Assembly: GCF_000002075.1 (NCBI RefSeq)
Contig: NW_004797345.1
Location: 594,471-658,470, forward strand
Reading direction: 5' to 3'
Length of the DNA stretch: 64,000 bases
Source of the DNA: Aplysia californica
Lineage: Eukaryota
Made by a program: the position numbers and the translations under genes. The stretch's first letter is position 1. The number at the start of each line of letters is the position of its first letter. Of this stretch, positions 25,801-40,800 are shown one piece after another. Below the pieces are notes generated by a model. That model saw only the letters and a list, made by a program, of their open reading frames with translations, was not told the DNA's origin and did no database searches.

Positions 25801-28800
25801 TTGTGACTTGGGTGACTCTTGTTACGAAGTACACAGCTCACACTACAGTAACAGACTAAAGCCACAACTGTAACATACATCGCTCACATATACAAGAGAC
25901 TATTGTGATTAATATAATGAGCGATGCAGTGAATTTGGAGGGTGGTGGGGACCACCCAGGTATTGACATTCAAAGCCCCATTTGTTTTAGTAAGAGTTTT
26001 ATTGCACTTGCAACACAATAAGGTCATATAAGTGCTGAAGATTAGGTGTGTTACAAGAGAGTAACAAACACAAAATAGAAGGAGGGGAGATAAGGATGAT
26101 AAATGTTTGATAGGAAAGAAGGAGCAAACAAAACCAGAGCACCTGCCAACCTCCCACTGCCCCATTTGGAAAAGCATACAGGTGGGCGGTAAGAAAATTT
26201 TAGCCTTAGGAGACCAAAGAAAGGTTGACAAGCACTGAACAATAGAAACAATGCTATAACTTACACTAGTGACTATTGTGACCTTGTTGTAACTTACGCA
26301 AGTGACTACTGCAATGCCGACAACTCACTGTCGTAAGACACACAAGTCAAAATTGCAAAACAGAGACAATTATTCCCAGGTGCAGCAATAAAAGTCACTA
26401 TCATAGCCTGTTGTGGCAATATGCACAACCCATAACTGTAAAAAAACCCCAGAAACTCAAGACTGTAACATACATAATTCCCATATATCAACTTACACAA
26501 GTAACTATCGAAACTAGCTGTAACTTACCTTGATGACAAAGACCCAAACAAGGTCCCCGATTGCCAGGTCCAGCTCAGGCACCAGTAGCTCCTTTGTCTT
26601 CCCTTTCAGTTTGCTGAGGACACAGACAAACACTCAGTCACATCCCCCCAAAACACTACAGATTCAAAAATGCTCAGAAACTTAATTCAAAATTAATTTG
26701 GATTCTGTCAAGCCACTCTTTAAATATGTCCTGCTTAGTTTTAGTAAGAGTTTTTACGGCATTTGCAGCACAAATAAGTCATATGGGGGCTGGAGATTGG
26801 AAGTGTAACTAGAGAGTAACATGAGAAAAATGAAGGATAAAGACAATAGATATTAGATGGGAAAGAAGGAGAAACCACACCAGAGAATCCACCAACCACC
26901 CATGCCCTTTCCTGTTTGGCCTGTAAAAAAATATAATGCAGCCCTGCAGTACAAATCGGCGAAAACTAACCAGTTTTTAAAAAAGTACAGTGCTAGTGTT
27001 CAACCCCGCCAAACCATGCCACATGTTTCTCCCAAAAACATTTTCTAAGGCTATGATATAAATTAACCAGTAGCCTCATTTTCATCTCTAGAGAGAAAAG
27101 TAAGTAGTTGCCAGCGTCAGAAAAAAAATCTTTTACTTTCACTGAGCTTAACATGAATTTGAAAACCGGGTTTACATTTGAATACAGAAAAGAAGCACAT
27201 CACCACAATAGCAGCCATTTATTGCAAGGCAAAGAAAAGATAGCAACAAAGGGTACAAAAATGAAACCCAACTAGGACCTTTGTTTTTACGCCCCCATCA
27301 ACACAATCTAGCTAATTTACAAGTTAACAAGGCAGGTTGCTTCCCGGACCTGCCGATAAGGGCCCCGGCTGAGTGGGGTACAAAATCCCAGGAGATAGAT
27401 GGGATGCTTGATAGCATGCAGGGGTAAAGGCTGACTTGTTTGAAAAGGTAATCAGGGTGAAACAAAGAACCAGGTATAAATGAGGCCACCAACGAAAACT
27501 TTTCCACAATAGGAAAATAATTAACATAACTTCTTATTTGAAGTGGCATCACGGAGTTATGAATGAAAACAAATCCTGAATTAATATTGTACAATTGTTC
27601 ACCTGCAAAAATAATAGAGAAAATATCTCATTAAATGATTTTATTCCCACTTTGGGCAAATTTAACTATAACTTTTTAATGCATGGTGAGAATAATGGTC
27701 TCAAGATTTTTCAAAAGTAAATCAAACTAAAAATGTGAATACACAAATAAAACGCAAAGAAGCAGAGCTGACAATACTACAAATTATATATTAGCAGTTT
27801 GGTTTCAAATTTGGCAGTCTTTGTCTTGCTTTTCGTGGCCAGGAAATCATGTCGAGATCTGAGTACAGAAAAGTAAAAAGTCGAGAAAAAAAGAACAAGC
27901 ATTCTCAGCAGCCTCAAGATTAATAGGAGTTAGTCGCCCTCACTTTTTTGAGTAGGCTCTACCAATCAGTGCTTATGACTGCTTATTAGAGTAGCCTGAG
28001 AGGGGTGAACAGGGTATTTATGTTCCAATGAAAGTTTTAAGGTAGTGCACCGGGCTCAAAGTTAAATTATCTAAATTCATACGGCCTACGTTCATGGGTG
28101 TATTTGATGGCGACAATGTTCCCAAATTACAAAAAGGAAGTAGTGATCATTTGATTTTGTAGACACTTTGCCCCGCGACAGTACGCAACAGCTGAATGCC
28201 ATATAACATGCATTTATCAGACTGAAAGCTGCTACATCTTCAAAAGCATTGAGTCTCCCACTTTTGTTCAGTAAAACACTTGATCACTTTATTTGACTGA
28301 AGTTCTGTCTTCATTTTGTCAGCTGATATCAAGTAAAGGAATTGCAGTACTGAAACCAATTCCTTTGACTTTTGAACAGGAAAACCCCCCACAAAAAACA
28401 AACAAACAAAAGATTTTATACTCAAACGCAAAACAAGACTATTCTGAAACAGTCGAATACCTTTCTTTCAGCGTACACTCAAGCAATGTGCGACTTGATT
28501 TGACTTTGGTCACTGGTAAGTAGCTGTGGAAGAAAAACAAAAAGAATTTAGTGTGACTTGAAAAAAAAAGTCTGCAAACAAGCAGAAAAAAATCTAACAT
28601 ATTCTGTCAATTTCATTGCTTGAGAAGCTGTAAAAAGTGGAAGTTCTTTTCTCACGCGGGTGGCAGAGAAATGACAGCCAAACTTTAAGGTAAAAAATAT
28701 TTTGATTTCAAGCAAACTGGAAAAAATGTTGCTGTCAAAGCAGACAAATAGGTCACGGGTCAAGTGACGGCACTGGCAAGACAGAAAGATTTAATTACGA

Positions 28801-31800
28801 TTCGGCCAGATGAGTGTAGGAGACTCGTCAGTGAACAAACAGAAAACAATAAACGATCTCAATGCAAGCTTTTACTTGGACAGGTTCTTTATTCTGAACA
28901 ACTTCTTCTCACACCTGGCTGTGCTTAGCATGTTGGCCACCTAGCATCATCTAACCACACTCAAAGGACAAGTATCAGCATAACCCAGTGCGTCCATTAG
29001 ACCGCCATGGCCACACCATCACATTGCCTCAACATATGAGAGANNNNNNNNNNNNNNNNNNNNNNNNNNNNNNNNNNNNNNNNNNNNNNNNNNNNNNNNN
29101 NNNNNNNNNNNNNNNNNNNNNNNNNNNNNNNNNNNNNNNNNNNNNNNNNNNNNNNNNNNNNNNNNNNNNNNNNNNNNNNNNNNNNNNNNNNNNNNNNNNN
29201 NNNNNNNNNNNNNNNNNNNGACATCCCTTAAGCCGATCACTCGCACTTTGATCATTTGCTCTGGGTGGAAACGACGCAGTGGGTTCTCTCCCTACGAGAA
29301 AAAAAAAAATCCAGTATATGATCATAAACTAAATTAGAAAGGTGAAAAACACAAATAGGTGCCATAACAAGAAACAGAACTCTCTAGTTTAAGTATAAAA
29401 ATCCCACCAAAGGGAAACTTATAAAAATTTACTCTCCTCTTTGACACCTCCCAGACCCCAAAAGCATACCTGCCAACATTGCCTGGGCCAAAATCTGTAG
29501 TTGGACGCAAATTTTTGTCCAAAAATCTGTAGTTGACCTAAAAATTCTGTAGTAGGCTATATTACCTCTTGTCGCATACTTAATTTGGGACCCTTATTAA
29601 TATTTTATTTTGACCCACATCAAATATGCATGATTGTGTTTGCGACTTCAAACAAATGTAGAAAATGACAAAGAAAAAATGACAAACATGAAAACTACCA
29701 GAGGCATTTACTCTATTAGTAGTTGGTGCAGTTCCTGTCCTATTCATACCTGCACCAACACACACACAAATGAAACCAAAAAACCACAACCCCCCCCCCC
29801 AAAAACAAAACAAAAACAGAAGCAAAGATGAAGAAAAGGTGGGCCTTGGATGACTTAGGCCTAGCCTTGGCCTTGTGTCTTTGCAGAGTTTACAAGGAAA
29901 GAGTATGACGGATCCCGAGTCCACACAAGGCCTGCACCAACACGCGTTTTGCAGAGAGTTTTCTAGATCTAGAGGTAATAAAAAATTTAGAATACTAAAT
30001 ACTTTTTGTCCCCTGGCCTGGTGTTGCCTTCACCCCCCCCCTCCCCCGAGTGTATCTTTAAAAAAAAAATACCCCCCCCCCCATTCCGGAGTCCTATACT
30101 ACGCAGCGCTCAGACTCTGAATGAACTTTGGTGACCCCCTACAAGTGCCGGTGCTCACAATGTGATGGAACGCGCAAGTTCATTGACCGGTCACAATGGC
30201 GAACCCGACAAGACGCTTGTATAACTATAACTTTCTTTTCTTTTTTTTTTTCACAAGTGACAGCACAGGACAAATATTGATTTATTTTCAAGGCGACACA
30301 GCGTTTGCCATGCACAGCCTGCATGTTGTTACAATTAATGTTGCGTTATCAAACTGCTACCAGCAAATTTCTGGGTGGTAACGAAAGTGAAAGTATATCT
30401 TGATTATCCCGATCAAACGTCGGTATCACACCTGCTTGCCACCATAGCCGCCTGTCTGCGTGGAGAAACATGCTCTCGAGGGAGCCGAATGAATCACAAT
30501 CGCGACCGGCAAAAATGAACTTTCGGGCGTTATCGGATTTGGTTTTCAAATATTTGATAACTTTCTCAAATTCCCGGGGCCTGGCAGTCACCCTGCTGAA
30601 TCCCGAAGTCGGTGGCTTCATCTCAAAATCGGTGGATCGGTAGTTTGACCCAAAAGTCGGTGATCTACCGATTTTTCCTGTAGGGTTGGCAGGTATGCAA
30701 AAGAAAATAAAACCAAAGGGTCTTTTCCTTAATAACTATCCACAACATAGGTCTAAAGAGGATCTAGAAGACAATCGTCCTCTCAAAAGTTGATTATTTA
30801 AAAAAAAACAAAGGTCGTAAAGCCTCTAATATATTCATCAAATTTACTTTGTTCACAAGATGCGGTCACAAACAACCGTACAACAGAAATGTAAAAGTAG
30901 TTTACTGTAATGTAGCAATGCCTATGAAAATTTAAATTTTCACTTTAGCCCTTTTTTTTTGGTACCTAAGAAAGAATTTTCAATTATAAGAATTGTGCTT
31001 CTTGAATTTTGAGAATCGGTTCATAAATAAAAAAGTTATGGGGTTGTAAAGGTCGGCAAAATATGGATGACCCACATATAGGAAAATACTCCTAAAAAGT
31101 GGAACACGCAGTAGCAGATTCTGTAAGAAAATCGACGATATCTCGGTAACTAATCGGAGTGTTTGAGAGAAACTTGGCTACCCGATGTGTTTTTGAGTGT
31201 ACAAATCATTTCTGCAGTCAGATTTACTACCAATTTTGTAGTTATTTTGTCATAATTAAAATTGTGGTGTATGTATTAAAATTTTGCGAAAAAGGGGTGT
31301 CGGGATGAGTCCATTTTATTTATAGCATCGTATCACAACATGGAATCTTTAAGAATATATGTCGGCAGCGTGACTAAATAATTGCAAAGCTTTTTATGAT
31401 GACTTTAGACCATGCCGACCGTAAGAGATAAGTTAATTCAATCTAGCGTGCCGTACAATTAAAAATTCTTTTTCCCCGTTGAGATGCGAACACCCCGAGA
31501 CGAGATAACCTCGCCTCGGAATACCCCCATTGCGATGTTACAGGGGAATAGAGAGAAAAACAACCGGATGCGCGCGCCCGCCATTGCCCTATTTCAAGTG
31601 ACCAATGAACGGGCCAGGAATAGTCATGCGGGGATTTGTAGGTCACATACATTTGCCACGAGAGTGAGGGGAAAATGGCCGGTCTCCGTGCAAAGCCGCT
31701 TTGGACACGGGGGTAGTCGTGCATTTATGATCGGGTCTAAATAACTACTTGACACAGAACGTTCAAATTTGAGCACACTACAGAGGATAGATGGATCTAT

Positions 31801-34800
31801 TACCATGTCGGCGTTGAAATTCAAACTCCTTATAGTTTTCGGTGTGCACGATACGAAAGTGTTCCGGACACCAAAAGTATAGGTTAATTTATGTGTACGA
31901 ACTTCAACGTCCACATATCATTAGTTTGCCCTATTTTCTGATTGGTTGCCGAGTTTCATTCGGATTGATTCGGAAATAGAGCAGACCGAGGTTGACAAAG
32001 TTAGTCACCTACGCTTCGGCTGGGTCCGCAAAATCGCCCGTAAACGGGGACCAAATTTTCGCCGCGCAGGAAAGCCCGATTGGCATTGCTATGTAATGTC
32101 ATCCTGGAAGTTTAGGTAATGACTCACTTGTTTGAGATCATCTGCTGCCTCTGAAATGTGAACTCTTCCATGAAGATTCCCTGCAGCGATATTTAACTGG
32201 AGAGGATGAACAGTCTTCACCCTGAATGGAAACACAAATGCAAACACATTAACGATTAGTCTATGATTAATGCAGAAGAATAAAAAAGTAATATAAAGGA
32301 TGTTTAAGGACCCATTTAAAGTGCAATAAGTGAGTCATCTTTACAACAATTTCAACAAATTTGGCATATAAAATATCAAGTTTTTTTTGTGGAAGGTATT
32401 TTTTTGGTGTTTTATGGTGTACCTCTAGACAATGAGAGTCCTCAACAATCAAAATAAAACAATTTAAACTAAAACTGAGTAAAATGCAAAACTTTACTTC
32501 TTATAAGAGTTCAGCTACAGGGGTGAGATCAGCCCTTTCTCCTTAAGGGATGAGGGTAGTAAAACCACGACCATCACATTAAACGAATATGTCACTGTGT
32601 TGAGTCAGTTGTGGAAAAGGCTGGGGGGAGGGGCAGGGGGTGCATAACACTTACTTTGCTTGCATCAACATGGTAGGGAAAAAAGAAAGATTAACCCTTA
32701 CTTTGCATCAGCCAAGGCAATATTGGAAAAAAATATCGTACAGACACTGAGCTTCCACTAACTACTAAAAATATGAAAGTATAGTTAAAAACTTGCGCTC
32801 TATTATTTCACCACGACAGAAAAAGAAGGAAGTATTGTATCAACAATTATTATGCTTTCACCAAGGCAACGGAAGAAAGTTAAGTATTAACACTTACTTC
32901 GCTTTCACCAACTCAGATGAAGACGAATGTTACACATGAACACTTACTTTGCTTCCATAAACGTCTCTGGCTTGATTTGGTGTATGGCTTGTTTCCGTTT
33001 CCTCAGCTCTTCCTCCTCTTTGGCTTTTGCTGCTGGGTCATTCATCAAGAGGACTCCTATTTGACTGTCCCCAAAACCCCTACAGACAAAAAAAAAAAAA
33101 TCCTCATTGAACAAAGCGAGTTCTTGCTTTTTTAAAACACAGTATTGTAATTTCCATGGCAATATTTTGTGTTTGTTCAGAGAAACAGCTGTAGAAACTA
33201 AGGACAAAGTTACTAAAGCAAAGGGCTAATCATTAATTAAAACAAAAGTTTTGAATCCCAAGGTCTAAAAATACATAAATACTCACTCTTTAATCACAAC
33301 ATCTGTGAAGGTTCCAACTTTATACATGGGATTAGCTTCCACATCATTCATGTGCTGGAAAAGAAAAAACAAAAACCCAATTATTGAGAGAAGACTTAAT
33401 GATCCATCACATAAAATATTTAATGAACTGACTAAACTGATACATTTTACTTGTATCATTTTCAAAGCCCCCTTAATCATAATAAAACTTTTCATGAGTT
33501 ATTAGGAAGCATTCAAGGCATTTTAGAAACAAGAATTTCAACCGTAAGTACTCATACTTCAGAACTAGTCAAATCTAAAAAAGACTCAGCAACAATGGTC
33601 TAAAGTTTATTATACATGTACATTGATTTCAGTAACCACCAGACCATAGATCATTTTGCTTCTACATGAATTTTATGACTATTAATCTGGAGTGGGGTAA
33701 ATTTTTTAATTTGAGTATCTCTATCTCTCGGATTGGCCTATTCCACCCTGATCGGATTGGAGCAAACAAGCAGGGTCGAAGTAGCCTTGATACGATCAAA
33801 AGTTATGTTGGAAAGGGCGCCATAGATTTATAATTAATTTCCACAAAAAAAGAAAAAAAAGAAGAGACAGCCCTTCGTCAAATTAAAACTGTGTGACAGA
33901 AAAGACTGATACTCACTTTACGCCCTGGAACAAAAACAAATTTTCCAGCTCCGTGACCCCTTAGTCCCAATAAGAGGAACTCTGGATTTACCAAGAGAAC
34001 ATCTCCTTTCAGAACCTGTTCCGCTTTGAGCTGAAATATTGTCAAAGGCAACAAAAGGTTAATAATAACAAAGATAAAAATTTGGCACTGTACAAAGCAA
34101 AGCATTTCTATAATTCAGGTCAAAAGAAATAAACAAGGAATAGATAGGTTTAAAAAATATTGTCCTTTGAGGAAATAGCACACTGTTGTTAGCTTAGGCT
34201 TCATTCCTGTTAGTAGAAAACTAAAAAATTACTAAGAACATTAAAGACAAAAATGTTTGTTTGAGAAAAGAGAAGCATACGGACACGATAATGGTCATTT
34301 AGTGCTGGGAAAAAGTAAGACAGAGAGACAGAAACAACTCAGGGAAAGTAAAGAAGTAGGACCTACCAGTGCAACCACCCACAACAAAAAAGTGGTATGC
34401 TGCAAAGCTAGGAGCTTCCATCAATGAGGTGGAAAGAAATAAAGAAGGAAAAGATACTTTTTTTGTGTTTTTCTGAGAATAACATACTGCTTCTAGCTTG
34501 AACTTCATTTCAATCTTTAACATCTCAAACATCTTGTCAAATTGTTCTCTGAAAATGAAGCATCACCCTTAGCTTCTGATCTGCAAAAATCATTTATGTT
34601 GTTTTCAACCTGGGAAATAAGCGTCATCTTATGCTCAAGCTTCGCTCATTCATAAACACAAAATTTCCCTCAATATAAAAAAGAAAAAATTTAACGAAAA
34701 CCCAATCACCTAAAATTCAACCCCAACCCCAAATTTTTAAAAATCAGAGATAATCATTTTACTGTCTTCTTTCACTCAAAAATTTTTAAAATCCTAAGCA

Positions 34801-37800
34801 CCATCTTAAGCTGCTGTAACGTAAGTTAAGAAGTATCGCCACAGCACAGAACAAAAATCCCATTACTATCATTTCTTCTCAAATTCAGTTTGAACTCCCC
34901 TCCCTCCTTCCTACGGGTCCTAAATTCAATCATTTAATAATGACTGCATTCAAACCTGAGTCTTAACATTCTCCCTCCTGTTCTTCACGGCTCTGACGAC
35001 CCTTGGCTCAATTGTAAGTTCGACACAAGGTGTCAGTGGATCCACAAATAGCACCACGGCCTCATACGATTGTCCCTCCTTAGGCTCAACACCTGAACAA
35101 CACAAAAAACAATCATAAATTGGAAGAGCATATTTAAATACATTTCGACAGTGTTATCCTCATCAGCATTTGTGGTGTAGCAGTTAGGTGTTTTGCATGC
35201 AGAAAACGTGAGTACGATTCCAGCATGACGAGAACTTTTTGTAGAGTATCTCAGTCTTTCTGCAAGGCTGCCTACCCATCAGTATATGTTTTAGTAATCA
35301 GCAAAATAAAAAATGAGCTATCTGGCATAAAAATTCGGAATATGGCAAAGGATAGTCTTTTTCCCCCTCGGGTATCAAGTACACCAGTAGGCAGATAACC
35401 TTAAAAAAACCTCAACAAATAAACAAATTTAAAAAAATAAATCAGCTGCCAACATTCTTCCACAAAAATGTATAAAAAAAAGTACATTACATAACGCCAC
35501 GAGAGACTATCCTTCCATTTGACCCCCCCCCCCCCCCCCCTAATTCCTTTGGCAATGTCAAGACAAACCATTTCAACAACAAAATTTCCCTGCGATTCTC
35601 CTCTCCCCCCCAAAAAACCCAGTGTCATGAAAGACAATGAAATCTTTCAACCAGAGAGTTTTTCCCATACTTAATTCTCCCACCCCCACTTTTCCAGATA
35701 CCCCCAAACTGTGATAGAAAGGCAATTCTCTAACGACAGAACCAACAAAAACTTACCCCCGAAATGGTATTTGGTAGCCAAAGCCTTGGCTCCAGATGGA
35801 AGCTCTCCCAAAACTCCCTTCTTAAACACAGACGACACTGTGACCTGCACAACGTCCCCAAGCTTGACATCCGAATAGCAGGACAACTCCTCTGAGGAAA
35901 AAATCTATCATGTGAGTAAAATGCCCTTTGAAACATTATAAGCTGATCTGTCAGAAAGAATCTTCAAATGTAAAGTCTGTTTCGATACGATCTTACCAAA
36001 TGCATTGATTGAGAGCCTTGAAAGTACCTCAATGAATTCAAGTTGAAGAACATTTTTTAACTTGTAGAAAACACACATTTAAAATCTGTAGAATATTATG
36101 CTTTCACAGGAAGCAGTACCTTTTTTTTTTTTGGAGAATAAGTGTTTTTATGGCGCTTGCAACTACATAAGGTCATATGAGCTCCTGGGACAAACTAAAC
36201 ATTTTCAGTTGGTAGGAAATTTGAAATTTTGTGCGGGTGGGGGCCGAAGCATACTCAATTTTGGACCACCAACTAGCACACAAGACCTCCGAGATTTTTC
36301 GCCCTTGTCCGAGAAGGCTAGGTGTAGATCTTTCCTACCAGAAGATCAGGGGTGCAGCTGAAAGACAGCAGTAAGAAGGAGCCAAGGGGTAGTAGTAAAA
36401 AGGCCGCAGAAAGAGTCAGGAGCCTAGAGGAGGGGGCAAAGAGGGTGGGGGCAGAAAGAGGAGACAAAGGCAGACTACAGACCATTGTTAGAGAGCAGGA
36501 AAGGATGTGAAAGAAGAAAATTTTCCGTCGCTATCCGGATTTGAACCCGGAACCTATTGAATGAGAGGCAAACACCTTAACCTCTAGGCCACAAGACCCC
36601 CCCCCCCACCTCCTAACTATCCTTGTCTGATGTGGACACATGCAAGTCAAAAGCATGCAGGAGACATGCAATTATAGTAAAATACTGCTATTGTTTATAT
36701 GTCTTACGTCCCCAACTCACCATGTTCAGCAAACAGTAAATCTAAGGTGTCTTCCCTGGACTTGAGGTAATTCTTTAACAATGTCAGGGGCTGCTCCAAG
36801 CCGCCTTCATAACATTCATCTACTCGTAAGCTGCCCAGAAACCTTTCCTTCTCACTGTCAATCTTTGCCAGCCGAGTAATGACCGACTGACCCCGCTTGA
36901 ATAGCTCCTGAAGATTTGCTGGCTGAAGATTGGTCAGAGTCTGGAAAGACAACAGAATTTTTTTTAAAACATAGTACTACATATGTCCTCCATTCTACAG
37001 ATTCACACTTTGTTTCATTTTAAAGACCAGATCGATAAATCAATATCTGAAAATACAGTAAATGCCCCATGTAAACATTCGTTTACATAAAAAACCCTCA
37101 TAAACACATGAATTTCTACGTGCATCTTCATTAGACTTTTATGACAGACAAGATGCCATACCTTCATTGGAACAGATGCTTTACTCGGTATACTCCATTC
37201 AAACAAACGTACGTCGTTACTCCACAATCAATTAAGAGGTAAATGCAGTAAAGATAAGTACCTATGGGTGAGGCCACATAAGAAGCGAGAAAGCGAGGCT
37301 GAGCTGGAATGAGAAGAAATATAAACAGCTGTCCCTGCGCGAGTCTCACTAGCTTTGAGTTTTGAGCAAGACTATACCTCGCTATGTAGCTATAATGTGA
37401 TTTATTACCCCCTGATAAGTGTGTCTTGTGCCGCTTCCAGGGCCCACTTCCTGGGTACTCCAGGCGCTCATAACAAGATAGTATAAGAACGTATAGTGTT
37501 TACTGTTCAATCAAACATCTCATTTTTACCATCTAACTATATTCTTCAACCAGCTTTAAGTTCAAGATCTGAAATTCCAATTCAACTGATATCACAATTT
37601 AAACCTATTATACAAATTTAATCAAACTGACACTTCAGGTATAGAAGTTGACAAAACAGCTGAGTTTATTTCTTAGTGAAAGAGAAATCTCTTCTTTTGA
37701 AAAAAATATTATCAAGACTTTTTAAACAGAGATCCCAAACGCCAGTCAACACACCAGTTTTCACCTCAGTTGTTTCCCGCTAGCTTGCTGCTTATTTCCT

Positions 37801-40800
37801 GCTTGAGAAAAGCAGCTTTTAGTATGGTCACCCCCACTTAATATCTCATTGCTAGCTTCATGCTAGCTACAGCTATAGCTTGTAATGTGGCCTCACCCTA
37901 ACAGTAGAACAACGCCCATTATCTTCACTTTTGAATTTCACATTCATGATTCTTGCGCTATTCAAGAAGTGGAAAATGAAGGTGTGCAGCTCAGAAAGAG
38001 CCTATACAAAAAGCTAAAATTTGACCAGTCAAAGACATTCTCCAGAAAGAGTTTTTCAAATAAGACATCATGAGGTGACTAACAACAGTTTCAGTTTGTT
38101 TCATTACTCCCTTTGTACTTTTTAATTGAAACATCACTAGAAGCTTTGTTATGGTTCTGATCTCCGTGACCTGGATAGTATTCTCCAAACTAAAAAAAAA
38201 AAAAAGAGTAATATATTTGAGAAATGATTCTGATGACAAGATGAACGGGGAAGATGAAGACAAAGCTGAAGAAAAAGAACAATCACATCATGGAAAAATA
38301 TTGTTCTGTGTGTGTCTGTAGCTTGCTCACTTTCCTCTGTACGTGGTTAAAACAAGACAAAAACTTATCGTTCTATTAAATTTTTGCATGTCATTGAATG
38401 AGAGCCTAAAAGTTGAATGACTAACAGAATCTAAAAGCCCATTAATGAAGGTAAACTAAGGTTCTGACATGTTGTCTTTGATAAAGCGGGCCAAAAAATA
38501 AAAGGGGATTTACAGCATACACCGAAAATACACTGAAACGTAGGGGCAAGGTTGTGTTGCCGTCTCAAAATGAGCAAATTGCAGGCTAGTTTACTTTATA
38601 AATCATTAATTGTAGTGACCCTGTGTATGCTCCCAAATGGCGGTGTATAATATGGGACACAAATTAAGAAACATTTTTATTACTGGATCAAGATTTAAAA
38701 AAAAAATTGTTTGGACGCTAGCCTACAGGAGAGCCATGCAAAATTACATGTGCAGTGGCAAATTAATAAATGAGTTATAACTTTTTTAATGTCCACAGAT
38801 GAAAGTGAACAAGCTATAGTCCAGCAATATTGTCATTATCCATGCACGAGACTCAAGCTGATACCACTCACCTTGGCGGGGCACAACCCTGTGTGACCTG
38901 CAGCCAACTCCAGAAATATGCCATAGTCTTCATGATTCTGGATCACAGCAGGAAGAAGTTGGCCACTCTGAAAACAATCATAAAAATCATCATCCTGAAT
39001 TTTGTACATCACATTCACTATCAATGAGAGTAGAAGAAAAGATGTTGAAAAAGAGGAAAACAAAAAGAGTATTTCACAAAAATAATGTTTTTAAGAGCAT
39101 CCAAGCAAAGGAAGGAATGGAGAACCATGATCACAGATGTCTGTCGCAGATCTGGCACTGGATGATGGTGATGAATGTTAAACCAATGGCATTGGTCTAT
39201 TGTGCAGATAAGGTTACATGTTTGTTAGAAATGTCAAGTCATGTGGACAAAAATATGTTGTCGAAAGCTTTTTGAGGATCTCCTCCAAACATAAAATGTA
39301 ATTTTCTGTGAATCATATAGGAGAAAGAAAACCTTCAGTAAAGTTTGGTTTAACTTTCATTGCAGTGTACATTTAAAAATTAACTCAATGGCTGCACTGG
39401 GCACAGTAAAAAAAAAAAAAATCATTTTAATAAAAATGCTTGTACACAAAGCCTACTGTCATATTAACTTGGCATTGATAGAAAAATAAAAAACTAACAA
39501 ACCAGCTGTACCACAGGAAAAAGTTACACCATGTTTTCATTAGCAAACGTAAATAAACAATCTCTTTAATGAAAGAACAAACAGACGAAAAACATAAATT
39601 TTCCACTCCGTTTATTCCCAAGCCTCCACTCACTTTGAGGTCTGCAAAGTTCTCCAACAACTGCTTCTGCTGTGCTGCCTGAAGAAAACATTCTTTCATG
39701 GTCATTATCTGAGAAAAGTGAAGGAAAAGTCAACGCAATGCCAGAAACCTTTGATCTTAACTTGCTGAGCACATCTGTTCTTCAAAATGTTTTACACGGA
39801 TTTAGGCTGCTGCAGATCACAATAAAAAAACCAAATGAAATAATTTAATCTCAGCGGTTAGGAAAGAATTGTATCAGCACAGAGTCGGGAAAGACAGCGG
39901 ACATACGAGATCAGTGTAGGCTGTAATTATAGATTGGGTTGTCTTTTTTTCCTATCTCAAAATCACAACGCTGTGTGAAGAACAATGAAGAAGAAAAGCG
40001 AAATATTCAAAGATTTCCGGGGTAGAGAAGAAACTTGCATTCATATTTTGGTGAACATAAGATACCATTTTTCTCCTTTTAAAATATGTTGTGTTAAATT
40101 GTAGTGTTATGCAGCCCTTATAAGGTGTAAAATAATTTAAAATGTGACTATGCTGTTTTCTATCTGAGGTCTTTACACAGTCTACTAGATTTCCAATAAT
40201 AAATGAAACCACTGAGCCACACAAGGATACAGGTTGCTTTCTGCGGTAGTAGTAGGTAACTCTCTCCAGCTGCAGTCTCGGCTTCATGGCCTGCTTCCTC
40301 AGCTCCTGAATCTCCCGATAGTCAGACAGATGAGAGTAAGGCAGAAACGCCATTTCCTTCCCTGAGTGAAGAGACAGTCGATACCCATTTTCCTCCTGAC
40401 TCACAATTCTAGCACTGACAATCTGAAATTGAAAGTTTTGAAAGAATAAGAATTTCATGTGCCTCTTTTTTTGTGCCCCCCCCCCCCCCAACAAAAAAAT
40501 GTCTAATTAAAAAGAGAGAATTTAAGGTAAAGTACAGAAATCTGAAATGAAATTGCAATTGTACTAAATGAATGGTAAGACATAAAGTAGTTCAGTTTAA
40601 AAAAAATAAAAATTTAAGTCTAAATCATTTTTCTACCGCAGGGCTGGTAAAGTCAGATTAGATCCTGAAGGCTAAACTTTCTCAGAAATTTGACTCCAGA
40701 GAAAAAAGCGTACACTTTCATTCAATTCAAACAACCACAACACAATAATAATTGTTGCACACGACATGAAAATAAGCAATGAGAAGGTAAAAGATTCAGC

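Noticed and set aside
35138-35171. Hammerhead-like core CTGATGA-GGATAACACTGTC-GAAA on the minus strand
   Set aside because: Stem II is marginal, and I cannot form stems I and III together with a valid NUH cleavage triplet. It is a single copy with no Penelope-like context.
36708-36720. Alternative donor 13 nt downstream of RRP5 exon 19 (AC|GTAAGA)
   Set aside because: It is out of phase with exon 20; the proximal G|GTGAGT donor preserves the frame.
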